A stretch of 64,000 nucleotides of DNA from Octopus sinensis (GCF_006345805.1 NC_042998.1:26040001-26104000); one strand, 5' to 3'; counted from the stretch's first letter, positions 12,665 to 24,869 are shown. Program-made: numbers and translations. Notes: generated by a model not told the origin, from the sequence alone.

Positions 12665-12900
12665 TATTTCTTTACTACCCACAAGGGGCTAAAAACAGAG
12701 AGGGGACAAACAAGGACAGACAAACGGATTAAGTCGATTATATCGACCCCAGTGCGTAACTGGTACTTATTTAATCGACCCCGAAAGGATGAAAGGCGAA
12801 GTCGACCTCGGCGGAATTTGAACTCAGAACATAATGGCATATGAAATACAGCTAAGCATTTCGCCCGGCATGCTAATGTTTCTGCCAGTTCACTGCCTTT
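12665..12900 (-). mobile_element. SINE family B with TSD
   Basis: Full-length copy; TSD gagaaagagtacc at 12652-12664 and 12901-12913. Confidence 0.88.
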
Positions 12901-12914
12901 GAGAAAGAGTACCA

Positions 12915-13338
12915 TATGAGTGAGATCATTGCCAGAGCAACAAGCTGGCCTTTGTGCTGATGGCACATTAAGAAACACCATCCGAACGTGATCATTATCT
13001 GTGTCACCTTACTAGCACTTGTGCTGGTGTCACGTGAAAAAAAAACATTCAAGCAAGATCGTTGCCAGTGCTGTTAGACTGGCTCCAGTGCAGGTGGCAC
13101 ATAAAATGCACCATTTGAGTGTGGCCATTGCCAGTACCACCTAACTGGCCCTCATGCCAGTGGCACGTAAAAGTACCTACACTCTCAGAGTGGTTGGCAT
13201 TAGGAAGGGCATCCAGCTGTAGAAACTCTGCCAGATCAAGATTGGAGTCTGGTTTGCTAGACCTCAGTCAAATCGTCCAACCCATGCTAGCATGGAAAGC
13301 AGACGTTAAACGATGATGATGATGATGATGATGATGAT
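12915..13338. mobile_element. RTE 3'-UTR-derived fragment with (GAT)n tail on the plus strand
   Basis: 'ctctcagagtggttggcattaggaagggcatccagctgtagaaac...catgctagcatggaaagcagacgttaaacgatgatgat' is the reverse complement of the 56-kb RTE tail, so this copy reads plus. Confidence 0.75.
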
Positions 13339-14805
13339 TGTATATTTTTACAATGACATTCTTAGGTAGGTGTGAGAGGCCTGATCCGGCCAGTTTGAAC
13401 ACGAAACAGGTAGAAAATTTTGAACCAGTTATCTCTGGTTTAAATGGTAAAGAATCAGTTTTCTAAGCACGTGATTTTCAAGATGGCTTTACCCAGTCTA
13501 TCTTAAAACATGGGTATACTGGGCAGTTGTCCAGGAGCATCACAGATCCGGAGGCCCTATTCCAATCTAAGTATTTTGTGGCTTGCTGTCAATAAATAAA
13601 TATTTTAAGGCCCATTGCATTGATTTGCCCTGGGGCTTATTGGGCCTGGTGGAACAATTCTAATCTATGTATTTTCTTGCTTGCTGTCAATAAATATATA
13701 TTACAGAGCCAAGTCATTGATTTTTTTTCAGGGGCTTATGATGTTGTTGAGATGATTTTGGCTCTACTATTCATTCAATATTTTATTAAGAGATTTAGAA
13801 AAGTGACAAAGGGGAGCACCACAAAGAGAGGGAACAGCTTCTTCTAAGCGAATAACAATCCTTTCTAATATAGGTGCAAGGCCTGAAATTTTGAGAGAGA
13901 GGGCTAGTTGATTACATCAACCCCAATGCATAACTGGTACTTATTTCATTGACCTCCCAGCAGTATTCAAATGACCAATGAAATCAGCTTCGTTTATGAA
14001 TGAAAGCTCCTTTTGAACCTTCAGATTGTTATTTGGATAAATGATTGTTTTTAAAATACAAAAAAGGTTGAAAAGCAAAGTCAGTAGAATTTGAACTCAG
14101 AGTGTAAGGATGGAAGAAATACTAATAAGCATCTTGCCCATCTTCCTAGGTCAATAATAATAGCATCTGTTTCTAGGTTTGGCACAAGTTTACACGTGAT
14201 GGGAGAGAGGGTATCATGGACTTATCTGACTCTGTACTTGTCTCATATTTATTTTATTGACCTTCTAAAGATAAAAAGCAACGTCAACCAGAATGTGAAT
14301 GAATGTAATTAAATTCCATAAACCATTCAAGCCAATGGTCAACTGCTCCTGTCACATACTTTCTTTGGATAAATAAGACATAAGGTCAGAAATTTTAAAG
14401 AAGAGGACTGTCCATTATATTGTACTTTAATTTAGTGATCCCTGTTGCAAAGGCAAAGTTGACCATTGGAGGAATTTGAACAGTGAGTGTAAAAGAATGT
14501 AATTAAATATGGGTTTTAAATTTTGGCACAAGGCCAGCAATTTAAGGGTTGGGGTAGTCAATCCCATCAACCTCAGTGTTTGACTAGTACTTATTTTATC
14601 GACCCTGAAAGGATGAAAGGTAAAGTCGGCCCTAGCAGCATTTGAACTCAGAATGTTGTGTCAGAAGAAATGCTATTAAGCATTTTGTCCAGCACGCTAA
14701 TGATTCTGCTAATATTAACTTTAGCTGGATTGATCTGATGGAGTCTTTCTTAACTGAAGAAAGGGGCAGAAGCTGAATGAAAATATCTTAAAATATACTT
14801 ACATA

Positions 14806-15510
14806 CAGTGGTGGACTGGTCAGGTTGCCAGCTTGCCCGATGGCAAGTAAGCCCCTGCACCATTAGAATCCATATGTGGAGGTGCAATGGCCCAGTGGTT
14901 AGGGCAGTGGACTCGCGGTCATAGGATCGCGGTTTTGATTCCCAGACCGGGCGTTGTGAGTGTTTATTGAGCGAAAACACCTAAAGCTCCACGAGGCTCC
15001 GGCAGGAGATGGTGGTGATCCCTGCTGTACTCTTTCACCACAACTTTCTCTCACTCTTACTTCCTGTTTCTGTTGTACCTGTATTTCAAAGGGCCGGCCT
15101 TGTCACTCTCTGTGTCACGCTGAATATCCCCGAGAACTACATTAAGGGTACACGTGTCTGTGGAGTGCTCAGCCACTTACACGTTAATTTCACGAGCAGG
15201 CTGTTCCGTTGATTCAGATCAACCGGAACCCTCGTCGTCGTAACCGATGGAGTACTTCCATCCATCCAGAATCCATATGTTAGTATCTAAGGGGCCCATC
15301 ATCTCATGTTTAAGAATTTTTTATTCACTCCTGGAAGAATGCATTAATTATTCCAGCCTGGCTGTGTTTGTAAACAATTAAAAAGAATACTTTTAACAAA
15401 AAAAAACAATTAAATGATAGCATTGTAGTTGCAGGTGGGCCCCCTTGTAGTTGCATATGGACCCCCTTAGTCTCTTGACAACCAATATTTTTAGACCCAG
15501 TCCGCCACTG
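14806..15510. mobile_element. hAT-type MITE with a nested SINE
   Basis: TIRs cagtggtggactgg (14806-14819) and ccagtccgccactg (15497-15510); perfect 8-bp TSD cttacata (14798-14805, 15511-15518). Confidence 0.85.
14878..15267 (+). mobile_element. tRNA-derived SINE family D with (TCCA)n tail
   Basis: A box tggcccagtgg, B-box-like ggttttgattcc; 13-bp TSD agaatccatatgt (14865-14877, 15268-15280). Confidence 0.85.
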
Positions 15511-16128
15511 CTTACATAGTATTAATAAATAAATATATTGCCAACAGTTCTCAAAAATGAAAGCAAAGTTTCTAAATGATTCAAGATTCATGTAGTCACT
15601 CTTAACCTTTAAATACCATGTGTTTAACTCATGGATGACTCGAACAAGCAGGCCTATAATTAAAGGTGTTAAAGTTTGCTCGTCTTGTAGTGCATTTACT
15701 GTATCCTTCCTTTATTAAGGTGGTAGAGTGTCTGCTTAGAAGGAGATTTGGCAATTATATTTTAAGAGGTTTGAATAACCAGCCACACAGAGACTCCATT
15801 GTTAGCTTTGAATTTCATTTTATTCACTAGACATTTTATAACAGTGTAGCACATTCGAAACTGAATCACTAGATTTGTTGAGCAGACACCATGATGAGAC
15901 CATTGTCAATTCCTGTGATCACTCATTTAACCGACCAATCAATGTCAAGCCATCATGTGGTTCAGCTTTGTAGAACTTTCTTGTTTAGTCCTATATAAAG
16001 GTGGCTTTTGGCAGTAATCTCAGAATGTTGAAACAGCCACTTGACATCTCCATTCTCATTGTATCACCAGACATTGGCAGATAAAAAGCACAGATTTTGT
16101 CAACAAGAATTTAGCATTATTACTTACC

Positions 16129-16353
16129 TATTTCTTTACTGCCCACAAGGGGCTAAACACAGAGGGAATAAACAAGGACAGACAAATGGATTAAGTCGAT
16201 TACATCGACCCCAGTGTGTAACTGGTACTTATTTAATCGGCCCTGAAAGGATGAAAAGCAAAGTCAACCTCAACGAAATTTGAACTCAGAACGTAGCAGC
16301 AGACGAAATACCAATAAGCATTTCGCCCGATGTGCTAACGATTCTGCCAGCTC
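16129..16353 (-). mobile_element. SINE family B with TSD
   Basis: 15-bp TSD gcattattacttacc (16114-16128, 16354-16368). Confidence 0.88.
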
Positions 16354-16532
16354 GCATTATTACTTACCAGTTGTGAAGAGCCAGTCACAGATTGCTATAA
16401 CAGTTAATTATCATAGATCTCAGCAGTGTGTCTCACCTGGTGTGTAATTGTTACTGTTGGTTTTTGTGAAAAGACCAATTCAGGAAACACTATGTGCTGT
16501 AAATAAAGATTTTGTTAATTGTTTGTGAGTGT

Positions 16533-16743
16533 TACTCTTTTACTTGTTTCAGTCATTAAACTGTGGCCATGCTGGAGCACTGCCTTTTGTCGAGCAAATC
16601 GACCTCAGGACTTATTCTTTGTAAGCCTAGTACTTATTCTTTTGGTCTCTTTGCTGAACCGCTAAGTTACGGGGACGTAAACACACCAGCATCGGTTGTC
16701 AAGCGATGTTGGGGGGTGGGGACAAACACAGACACACAAACAT

Positions 16744-16799
<56 letters not shown>

Positions 16800-16963
16800 G
16801 ACGGGCTTCTTTCAATTCCCGTCTACCAAATCCACTCACAAGGCTTTGGTCAGCCTGAGGCTATAGTAGAAGACACTTCTCCAAGGTGCCACGCAGTGGG
16901 ACAGAACGCGGAACCATGTGGTTCGTAAGCAAGCTACTTACCACACAGCCACTCCTATGCCTG
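16533..16963 (-). mobile_element. Full-length SINE family A (tRNA head, internal CA/TA microsatellite)
   Basis: Reverse complement starts ggagtggctgtgtggtaagtagc (A box) then ggttccgcgttc; ends aaacaagtaaaagag. Confidence 0.9.
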
Positions 16964-17408
16964 TTGTTAATTATTTTTCCATGCAGCTCTAGAAATACAT
17001 TTCCAATCAGCAGCAGTATTCAAATAACCAATGAAATCAGCTTCGTTTATGAATGAAAGCTGCTTTTGGATCTTCAGATTGTTATCTGGATAAATGATTG
17101 TTTTTAAAATACAAAAAGCAAAAACTTATTTCAAGATGGACAAAACACCACATTACAAATTCTTATAAATACTCATCATCTTTCCAGTAAGACAAGTAGT
17201 TCTTTCTAGTGAGGCAAGAACTTGCCATGACAGCAGCCATGCTGGGCCATCACCTTTGAAGAATCTTCGTCAGACAAATTCATTCCAGTATTTGTTTTTT
17301 TTTTTTTTCAAACCTGTTACTTATTCTATAAGGACGCCATGATAGATCGTTAGCTCCTACATGCATTTTTTTTCTCTCCTTGTTTCTCTCCTTGTATTTT
17401 TCTGTGTA

Positions 17409-17446
17409 TCTTTCTGTCGAAGAGCATAGGCTCGAAACGTAAAAGA
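17409..17446 (+). ncRNA. Minimal type I hammerhead-ribozyme-like motif (Penelope pLTR type)
   Basis: Stem I tcttt/aaaga; core CUGUCGA (A6 replaced by U); stem II gagc-atag-gctc; GAAA; palindromic ACGU stem III; GUA cleavage triplet. Confidence 0.6.
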
Positions 17447-18339
17447 CTTTTTCTATTTCTATTCCTGAGCACTATACTAATACATTTGTTTGTTTGTACT
17501 CCACCTGCCTTCATCTTTTGTTTATTTTCATAAACTTTCCCGTTACTTATTCTATAAGTCTCTTTTGCAAAACTGCTAAGTTTTGAGAGCATAAACACGT
17601 CAATACCAGTTGTTAAAATGCAGTGGACAAAAACAAACACACATACACACATACATATATATAATTGAATAAGTTGGAGTCAACAAGGAGTACAGAGGAA
17701 CATTTATTTGTAATCACTACAATTGTTTCCATGCAATGTAGTTCTCCAGATTTACAGGTATTTGATTATGTAACAGTTTCCCTGCATTATGAGATCTAGT
17801 TGTGCTTCCTCAGGTAATATATAAATATTGTTTCTGTAAACTCAAATTCTCAGCTTCAAATGCATCCTTTCCGTTTGCTGTGGCTTGCAAAGTAGTAGTA
17901 AGCAATGGGCTTCTTTCAGTTTCCATCTACCATATCCACTCACAAGGTTTTGGTCAGCCTGAGGCTATAGTAAAAGATACTTGTCCAAGGTGTCATGCAG
18001 TGGGACTGAGCCCAGGACCACATGGTTGGGAAGTGAACTTCTTACCACACAGCCATACTTGTGTCTATGCAGACATTTTCAATTCTTGATCGATCCTTGG
18101 GTGTTGTCTTCATTGTCTCTTATAATACTGTTGCACATCAATCAGCACATCAAAGGTATTCTTTTTATTTGCATTTGTATCTCCCATAAAATATGCCTGC
18201 TTTTTACTGATCATACTTCATCTCTGGACCATTCAGTAGACTTAATAAGAAGTCATTCATGAAATGACTGGGAAATTATGAAATTTCTCCATTCATATAT
18301 TTTCCTGGCACAGATTATTGTTATTATTATCATTATTAT

Positions 18340-19160
18340 TCAGTAGTTTTATTTTTATAGCGTGCTTTCACTTCACTACCGAGCACAGCTCTGTGTGCCT
18401 TGGGTATGTGCTGTGATTTGTTGTGATGCTCTGATGGTTATTGTATGGAAAGTGTTCTGCGTAGGATGTGTGCAGTGCCTAGTAGTGCAATTTTCTCTAT
18501 GTTATATGTGTTTGTAAGTCCTGGTGTTTTTGTTATGTATTTGTCTGAATATTTTTTTATCATGCCTAATGCACCTACTATGATAGGAATTGTTTTTGTT
18601 TTCAGGTTCCACATTCTAGTTACCTCTATTTCCAGGTCTTTGTATTTTGAAAGTTTCTCCATTTCTTTTAGAGACACGTTGTCATCGGCCGGTATTGATA
18701 CATCAATTAGAAAGCTTTCTTTTTCTTCATGATCTCTGACAACTATATCTGGTCTGTTGGCCTTAATTTCTCTATCTGTGTGTATCGGCATATCCTAGAG
18801 TATGGTTGCTTTCTCGTTTTCTGTGACCTTTTCTGGTGTGTGCCTATACCATCTTTTTTTTGTTGTTATTCCATAATGTTGGCATAGCTTCCAATGTATG
18901 TAGGTTCCAACTCTGTCATGTCTGTGAATATATTCCTTCTTAGCCAAGACTGGGCAGCTAGAGATAATATGATTTATTGTTTCTTGTCCATCTCCACATA
19001 TTCTGCAGTTACTTGTAATATTTCTTTTCATTACATGTTTTTGGTAATTTCTGGTGGGGAGGCTTTGGTCTTGTGCTGCAATTAAAAATCCCTCTGTTTC
19101 TGCTTTGAGTCCTGAGCTTCTCAACCATTGCTGGGATTTTTCTTTGTCTATTTCTTTTGC
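18340..19160 (-). mobile_element. R4/Dong-like (RLE clade) non-LTR retrotransposon, 5'-truncated
   Basis: CCHC knuckle CRICGDGQETINHIISSC, HRHD motif, RLE motif RPDIVV...LIDVSIP; ORFs 18795-19124 and 18438-18791 are in frame, split by one TAG; (TAA)n tail. Confidence 0.92.
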
Positions 19161-19320
19161 GTTATTATTATTATTATTATTATTATTATCATTATTATTA
19201 TTATTATTATTGTTGTTATTATTGTTGTTGTTGTTGTTGCTGTTGTTGTTGTTGTTGTTGTTGTTATTATTATTGTTATTATTATTATTATTATTATTAC
19301 TGTTATTATTATTATTATTG
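19150..19320. repeat. (ATT)n/(GTT)n microsatellite
   Basis: Direct inspection. Confidence 0.95.
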
Positions 19321-19858
19321 AGTGAGAGAGCAGTTCATGCCATCAAAGTGACACTGGGGTAAAATATACGAAGCCCAATATACCCATCATGACTACCCTT
19401 CTGATAAAGGTACACCAGGCACATGCATCACAACCATATGTGCGCGACATGGTGATCTCATATCAAGATAAACAGCACATGACCTTGCAGGTGGGGCCCA
19501 GTTAGAATTTTCTTCAGGTTGAGTAGCCCATCCCGCTCAAACGGTCCCTGAATAAGGGTTGTTTAAGGATGTTGAAAGAACCACCCATGTTTCCAGAGGT
19601 GAACTATTCAAACCCCAAAGAATCCCTCTCAACACATGGCTATGATGCTCCCCCACTACTTCTGCTCGTGATCAGAGATGCACATATCGTCAGCCACTAA
19701 GGGACATGCTCAACTGGTTAAGGTCAAACAACTGACAAGCAAATCTGTGGTATTGAGCAGAATATTTGCTGTAGCCCATACTTTATACCAAGACAAAACA
19801 ATGTACATGATAACACTTCCAATCAGTTAAGATCAGAAGCCATGAGAGCCACTGCCTG
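19321..19858. mobile_element. GC-richer interspersed module between two (ATT)n tracts, possibly the 5' part of the R4-like element
   Basis: Distinct composition, abuts the R4 fragment through a microsatellite; no coding motif seen. Confidence 0.4.
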
Positions 19859-19932
19859 TTATTATTATTATTGTTATTATTATCATTATTGTTATTATTA
19901 TTATTGTTGTTATTATTATTATTATTATTATT

Positions 19933-19977
<45 letters not shown>

Positions 19978-20077
19978 ATTATTATTATTATTATTGTTAT
20001 CATTATTATTATTATTATTATTATTGTTGTTGTTATTATTATTATTGTTATTATTATTATTATCATTATTATTATTA

Positions 20078-20135
<58 letters not shown>

Positions 20136-20145
20136 CATCATTATT
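19859..20145. repeat. (ATT)n/(GTT)n microsatellite
   Basis: Direct inspection. Confidence 0.95.
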
Positions 20146-20391
20146 ATTTTTCCTTTCCTTTTACATGCTTCACCTTAACCAAATCAATTTCTCATCTTCA
20201 GCCTATTTTTTTTTCCCAATCCGAAGAGGCACAAACATTCCTTCCCTTCGTGGACATAACAATAAAGCAATGAAAGAAATGAGCTTAGTAGAAATGTAAC
20301 AGAAGACCAGGTAAAGATTAAAAAAAAACACGAGAGAGCAAGGATCACCTGGAAAAGTGGAAGAATAAAAGAATCTAGTACGCATACGTAA

Positions 20392-20422
<31 letters not shown>

Positions 20423-21720
20423 AGTATATATATGTGTCTATATGTATATATTTATATATATATATATATATATATATAGATATATGTATGTAGGTATAGG
20501 TATATTTTTAGGATTATAGGATTACAAGAGTTCTTAAGGTTTTTACAACACCACATAATTTCTATGTCTCTGTTCTTCTGTGTTTACATCACATAACGGG
20601 TAAATGTATGTTTCTTTTGCTATTCTCTTTTGGATCGTCTCATAAACACAAATGGGGAAAATATGGTAGAAACTAATGTTATTTTTATGTGGATTGGATA
20701 CTACTGAAAGTCGTTCTTTTTTTTGTTTTTTTTTGCATACATCACATAACCTTGGTACGTACCGATGAGGTGCGGCAGCAGCGGGGGTGGGGAAGACAGA
20801 GAGAGAGAGACAGTGAAAGAAAGAAAGAAACAAACAAACAAACAAACAAATAAGCAGAACCAAAGAAAGGTGGTTGTCCAAAAATAAAATAAAAAACATC
20901 TCTTACATCATGTCTTTCACTGTATCCTTGAATAGTAACTTATATTTCATGATATTTTATAAACCAGTTTCCCTTATATTTGTTCATCATTGATTTTCAG
21001 TCTTATTTTTTTGCTTCTTATATCCTGCACCAAAGCCAACTTGTTTACTGATATAGCATATTTCTGATTTTCATTGCAATTTCAGTCACTGCTACAGACA
21101 TATTTTACCTGTAGCTTTCTTTTATATTTTATATTTTCCATTCTAGTTTTTTTTTTTTTTTAGTCAGCTGCACCATAATTCTAATAAATTTATAATGCAG
21201 CTTGCCTTGGTATACAGTCAAATCATTACAATGTAATTTTCATTGTTTGTGTGTGTGTGTGTGTGTGTGTTTTATTGATATGTATTGTGAATGGCTACAT
21301 AACACCTCCTTATTCAATCTTATTCTTCACCATTTTTTCAAACAAACTAGCTTTCCTAGATTTAAATCATCCTTCTCTAGCTTACATCACAAAACCTTTG
21401 TCATACTTTCATCTAGCACATAGCATATGTATCAGAAGGGCAGGAGCTGGCAGAATCGTTAGCATGCCAGGCAAAATGCTTAGCAGTATTTCATTAATAT
21501 TTACATTCTGAGTTCAAATTCCACCAAGGTCAACATTGCCTTTCATCCTTTTGGAATCGATTGAATTATTTTTCGATATTATCGTTATTATTATTGTTTA
21601 TGGGTTTTTCTTCTTCTTTCAAATTTGCTTCCATTTCTTGCCAAGTGTCTTCCCGACTCCTAGGGCAAAGAAACTCATAGTATACATTGGTAGGTCATTA
21701 AACTAAACTCACTAGTTCGT

Positions 21721-21721
<1 letters not shown>

Positions 21722-21763
<42 letters not shown>

Positions 21764-22010
21764 CATCATTATTCAGGTCACTGCCTGGAATCAAACTCAG
21801 AGTCTTGGGGTTAGTAGCCCATGCTCTTAACCACTACGCCATATGCCTGTCAAATGTAAATAATGTAAATAAAGTACATAATACTTCATCTCATAAATAT
21901 AGAACTGTATGATGAGGAATTATGTACATTATTTACATTATTTAACAACAAACAAGATGAGGACAAATATCTGTCGAATGTAAATAATGTAAATAATGTA
22001 AATAATGTAC
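21722..22010. mobile_element. tRNA-like head (-) plus inverted Penelope-like tail fragments
   Basis: Reverse complement ggcatatggcgtagtggttaagagcatgggctactaaccccaagactctgagtttgattccaggcagtgacctga; then 'aatgtaaataatgta...cttcatctcataaatatagaactgt' folded back; the same modules occur at 24.6-25.05 kb. Confidence 0.65.
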
Positions 22011-22689
22011 TTTGAGCTAGTAGTTTACAAGATCCCCCATACTGCAGAAGATATAATTAATTCCTTTTTAGTTGAGTGGACTAGAATAATATGAAATGAA
22101 GCACTTTGTCTTAAGACACAACACACAGCTCAACCAGGAAGTCAAACCCGCAGCCTTGTGATCTTTAGGGCAACAGTCTAACCACTATACGATAACATTA
22201 TCGGTTCTTCTTCAAACACTTTTGTAGCATTCTCCATGACACTCTGGGTTAACTCATCGTCCACTAATTCAACACACCTGGCTACACCATTTCTACATAG
22301 GCACAGGAGTGGCTGTGTGGTAAGTAGCTTGCTTACCAACCACATAGTTCCAGGTTCAGTTCAACTGTATGGCACCTTGGGCAAGTGTTTTCTACTATAG
22401 CCTTGAGCTGACCAAAGTCTTGGGCCGACCAAAGCCAAATGACTGAAACAAATAAAAGAAACACAGTAAGACACTACATTCAAAGAATCTACAAAGAACA
22501 GTAAAGTGTCATCTTCATTCTTGACTTGAAATAAAATTTCCTTTTCTCCTCTCTCTAATCCTGATCCATTCCATTCATGTTTACATGTATCCACTTTTCA
22601 GAATACTTTTATTCCTTGCTAGTTGCATTTACCTCTTTGAATATTTCAAGTCAGATTACTTTGAAATATTTTTACTATATTTGGTTGAT

Positions 22690-22725
22690 ACAATCATCAT
22701 CACCATCACCATAACCATCACCACC

Positions 22726-22769
<44 letters not shown>

Positions 22770-22932
22770 TCATCATCATCAATCATCATCATCAATCATC
22801 ATCAATCACCATCAATCATCATCACCAATCACTATCAATCATCAACCACCATCATCAATCACCATCAATCATCAATCATCAACCATCATCATCGCCATCA
22901 ATCATCATCAATCATCATCAATCATCATCATC

Positions 22933-22968
<36 letters not shown>

Positions 22969-22985
22969 TATCATCATCATTATCA
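22690..22985. repeat. (CAT)n/(CATCAAT)n microsatellite
   Basis: Direct inspection. Confidence 0.93.
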
Positions 22986-23285
22986 TCATTGTTTATTGTC
23001 CCTTTTCCATGCTAGCATGGGTTGGACGGTTTGACTGAGGTCTGGCAAGCCAGGAGGCTGTACCAGGCTCCAGTCTGATCTGGCAATGTTTCTACAGCTG
23101 GATGCCCTTCCTAATGCCAACCACTCCGAGAGTGTAGTGGGTGTCTTTTACGTGCCACCAGCACAGGATCCAGTCAGGCGGGCCTGGCATCAATCACATT
23201 CAGATAGTGCTTTTTACATGCCGCCGGCACAGGGGCCAGTCACGGGGTACTGGCATTGGCCATGTTTGGATGGTGCTTTTTACTG
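22960..23285 (-). mobile_element. RTE 3'-UTR fragment with (GAT)n tail
   Basis: 'ttccatgctagcatgggttggacggtttgac...gatgcccttcctaatgccaaccactccgagagtgtagtggg' as at 55990. Confidence 0.8.
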
Positions 23286-23714
23286 GCAGAGGAACCAGTT
23301 ATGGCGTAGACATCTTCTTCATTTTGGAAGCATCGCTTTTCTGATTATCTTGCTGTAACATGGAATTCCAAAATACAAAATATATTTTCTCATTTACTTT
23401 CATGTAACATGGAAGTAAATAGGTTCCACACTATAGAATTATAGAATTCCATGATACAAAAAGATTTTCAGGAACTCAACACTTCTATAATGTGGAAAAT
23501 GGCTGTAGATAGCTTACTGTCTTTACTTTTATCATTTACTTGCAAAGTAGGTATCTATTATAGTTTTAGGATTAGAGAGACTGTTAAATACATACAACAC
23601 TGCCATAGGTGTTGGCATAGGTTTTTCCAGAGAGCCTACTCAATTGTAACTATTTGCATTTACTTCTGCATAGGAGAAATTTGCAATAGATTTGCTGTTA
23701 TTGATACACACACA

Positions 23715-23718
23715 TATG

Positions 23719-23749
<31 letters not shown>

Positions 23750-24245
23750 CTGTCTGTCTGTCTGTTTGTATGTATGTATATATGTACTTACGTATGTATG
23801 TATGTATGTATGTATGTATGTATGTATGTATGTATGTATGTGTGTATGTGTGTATGTGTGTATGTATGTATGTATGTATGTATGTATGTATGTATGTATG
23901 TATGTATGTATGTATGTATGAATGTATGTGTGTATGTAGTATGTATGTATGTATGTATGTATGAATGTATGTATGTATGAATGTATGTATGTGTGTATGT
24001 AAATATGTATGTATGTATGTATGCCTATATGTATGTATGTATGTATGAATATATGTATGTGTGTATGTAAATATGTATGTATGTATGTATGCATGTATGT
24101 ATGTATGTTTGTGTGTGTGTATGTATGTATGTATGAATGTATGTACGTACGTATGTATGTATGTGTGTATGTATGTATGTATGTATGTACAGTTGTATGT
24201 ATGTATGTATGTAATGCATGCATGTGTGTATGTATGTATGTATAT
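23715..24245. repeat. (TATG)n microsatellite
   Basis: Direct inspection. Confidence 0.95.
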
Positions 24246-24518
24246 ATAAGGGTAAGATCGAGGGATTCAAGTGTAGGAACTTTGTAAGCATCAAGCAGTC
24301 CGTGGCAGGTATAGAGAACAAAAGGTGGACTCTGTACAGTCAGGAACAATAACAATTTATTGGTGTCGAAGCTTACACACTTTTTCCTATGTCAAAGTTA
24401 CAAGGAAATTCAATAAGCTAAAAGTTTCTGGAGAGGTCATGATTAGCAACTAGAGTTGCTTTGAATGAAAATAAAAATTCAAATTAAGGGGTGGGATGGG
24501 TAAAATTCAGGCTACATA

Positions 24519-24526
24519 TGTTTCTT

Positions 24527-24557
<31 letters not shown>

Positions 24558-24579
24558 TTATTATTATTATTATTATTAT

Positions 24580-24626
<47 letters not shown>

Positions 24627-24672
24627 TTCAGGTCACTAACCCCAAGATTCCAAGTTCGATTCCAGGCAGTGA

Positions 24673-24767
<95 letters not shown>

Positions 24768-24814
24768 TGATGATGATGATAATAATAATAATAAATATAA
24801 TAATAATAATAATA

Positions 24815-24865
<51 letters not shown>
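24519..24865. repeat. Compound microsatellite (CTT)n(ATT)n(AGT)n - tRNA-head fragment - (AAT)n
   Basis: Direct inspection; central ttcaggtcact...agtgacctgaa stem. Confidence 0.9.

Positions 24866-24869
<4 letters not shown>

Noticed and set aside
18130-18240. AYFMGDTNAN as an intact CR1 endonuclease
   Set aside because: A single short motif among many stops; too weak to call.
21775-21848. Possible tRNA gene (and other A/B-box hits such as 1650, 14878 and 40007)
   Set aside because: No complete acceptor stem; these are SINE heads followed by SINE bodies and TSDs.
22195-22300. VELVDDELTQSVMENATKVFEEEPIML resembling a PPP phosphatase N-terminal helix
   Set aside because: No GDxHG motif or splice sites; neighbouring fragments (EDDTLLF) suggest a LINE relic.
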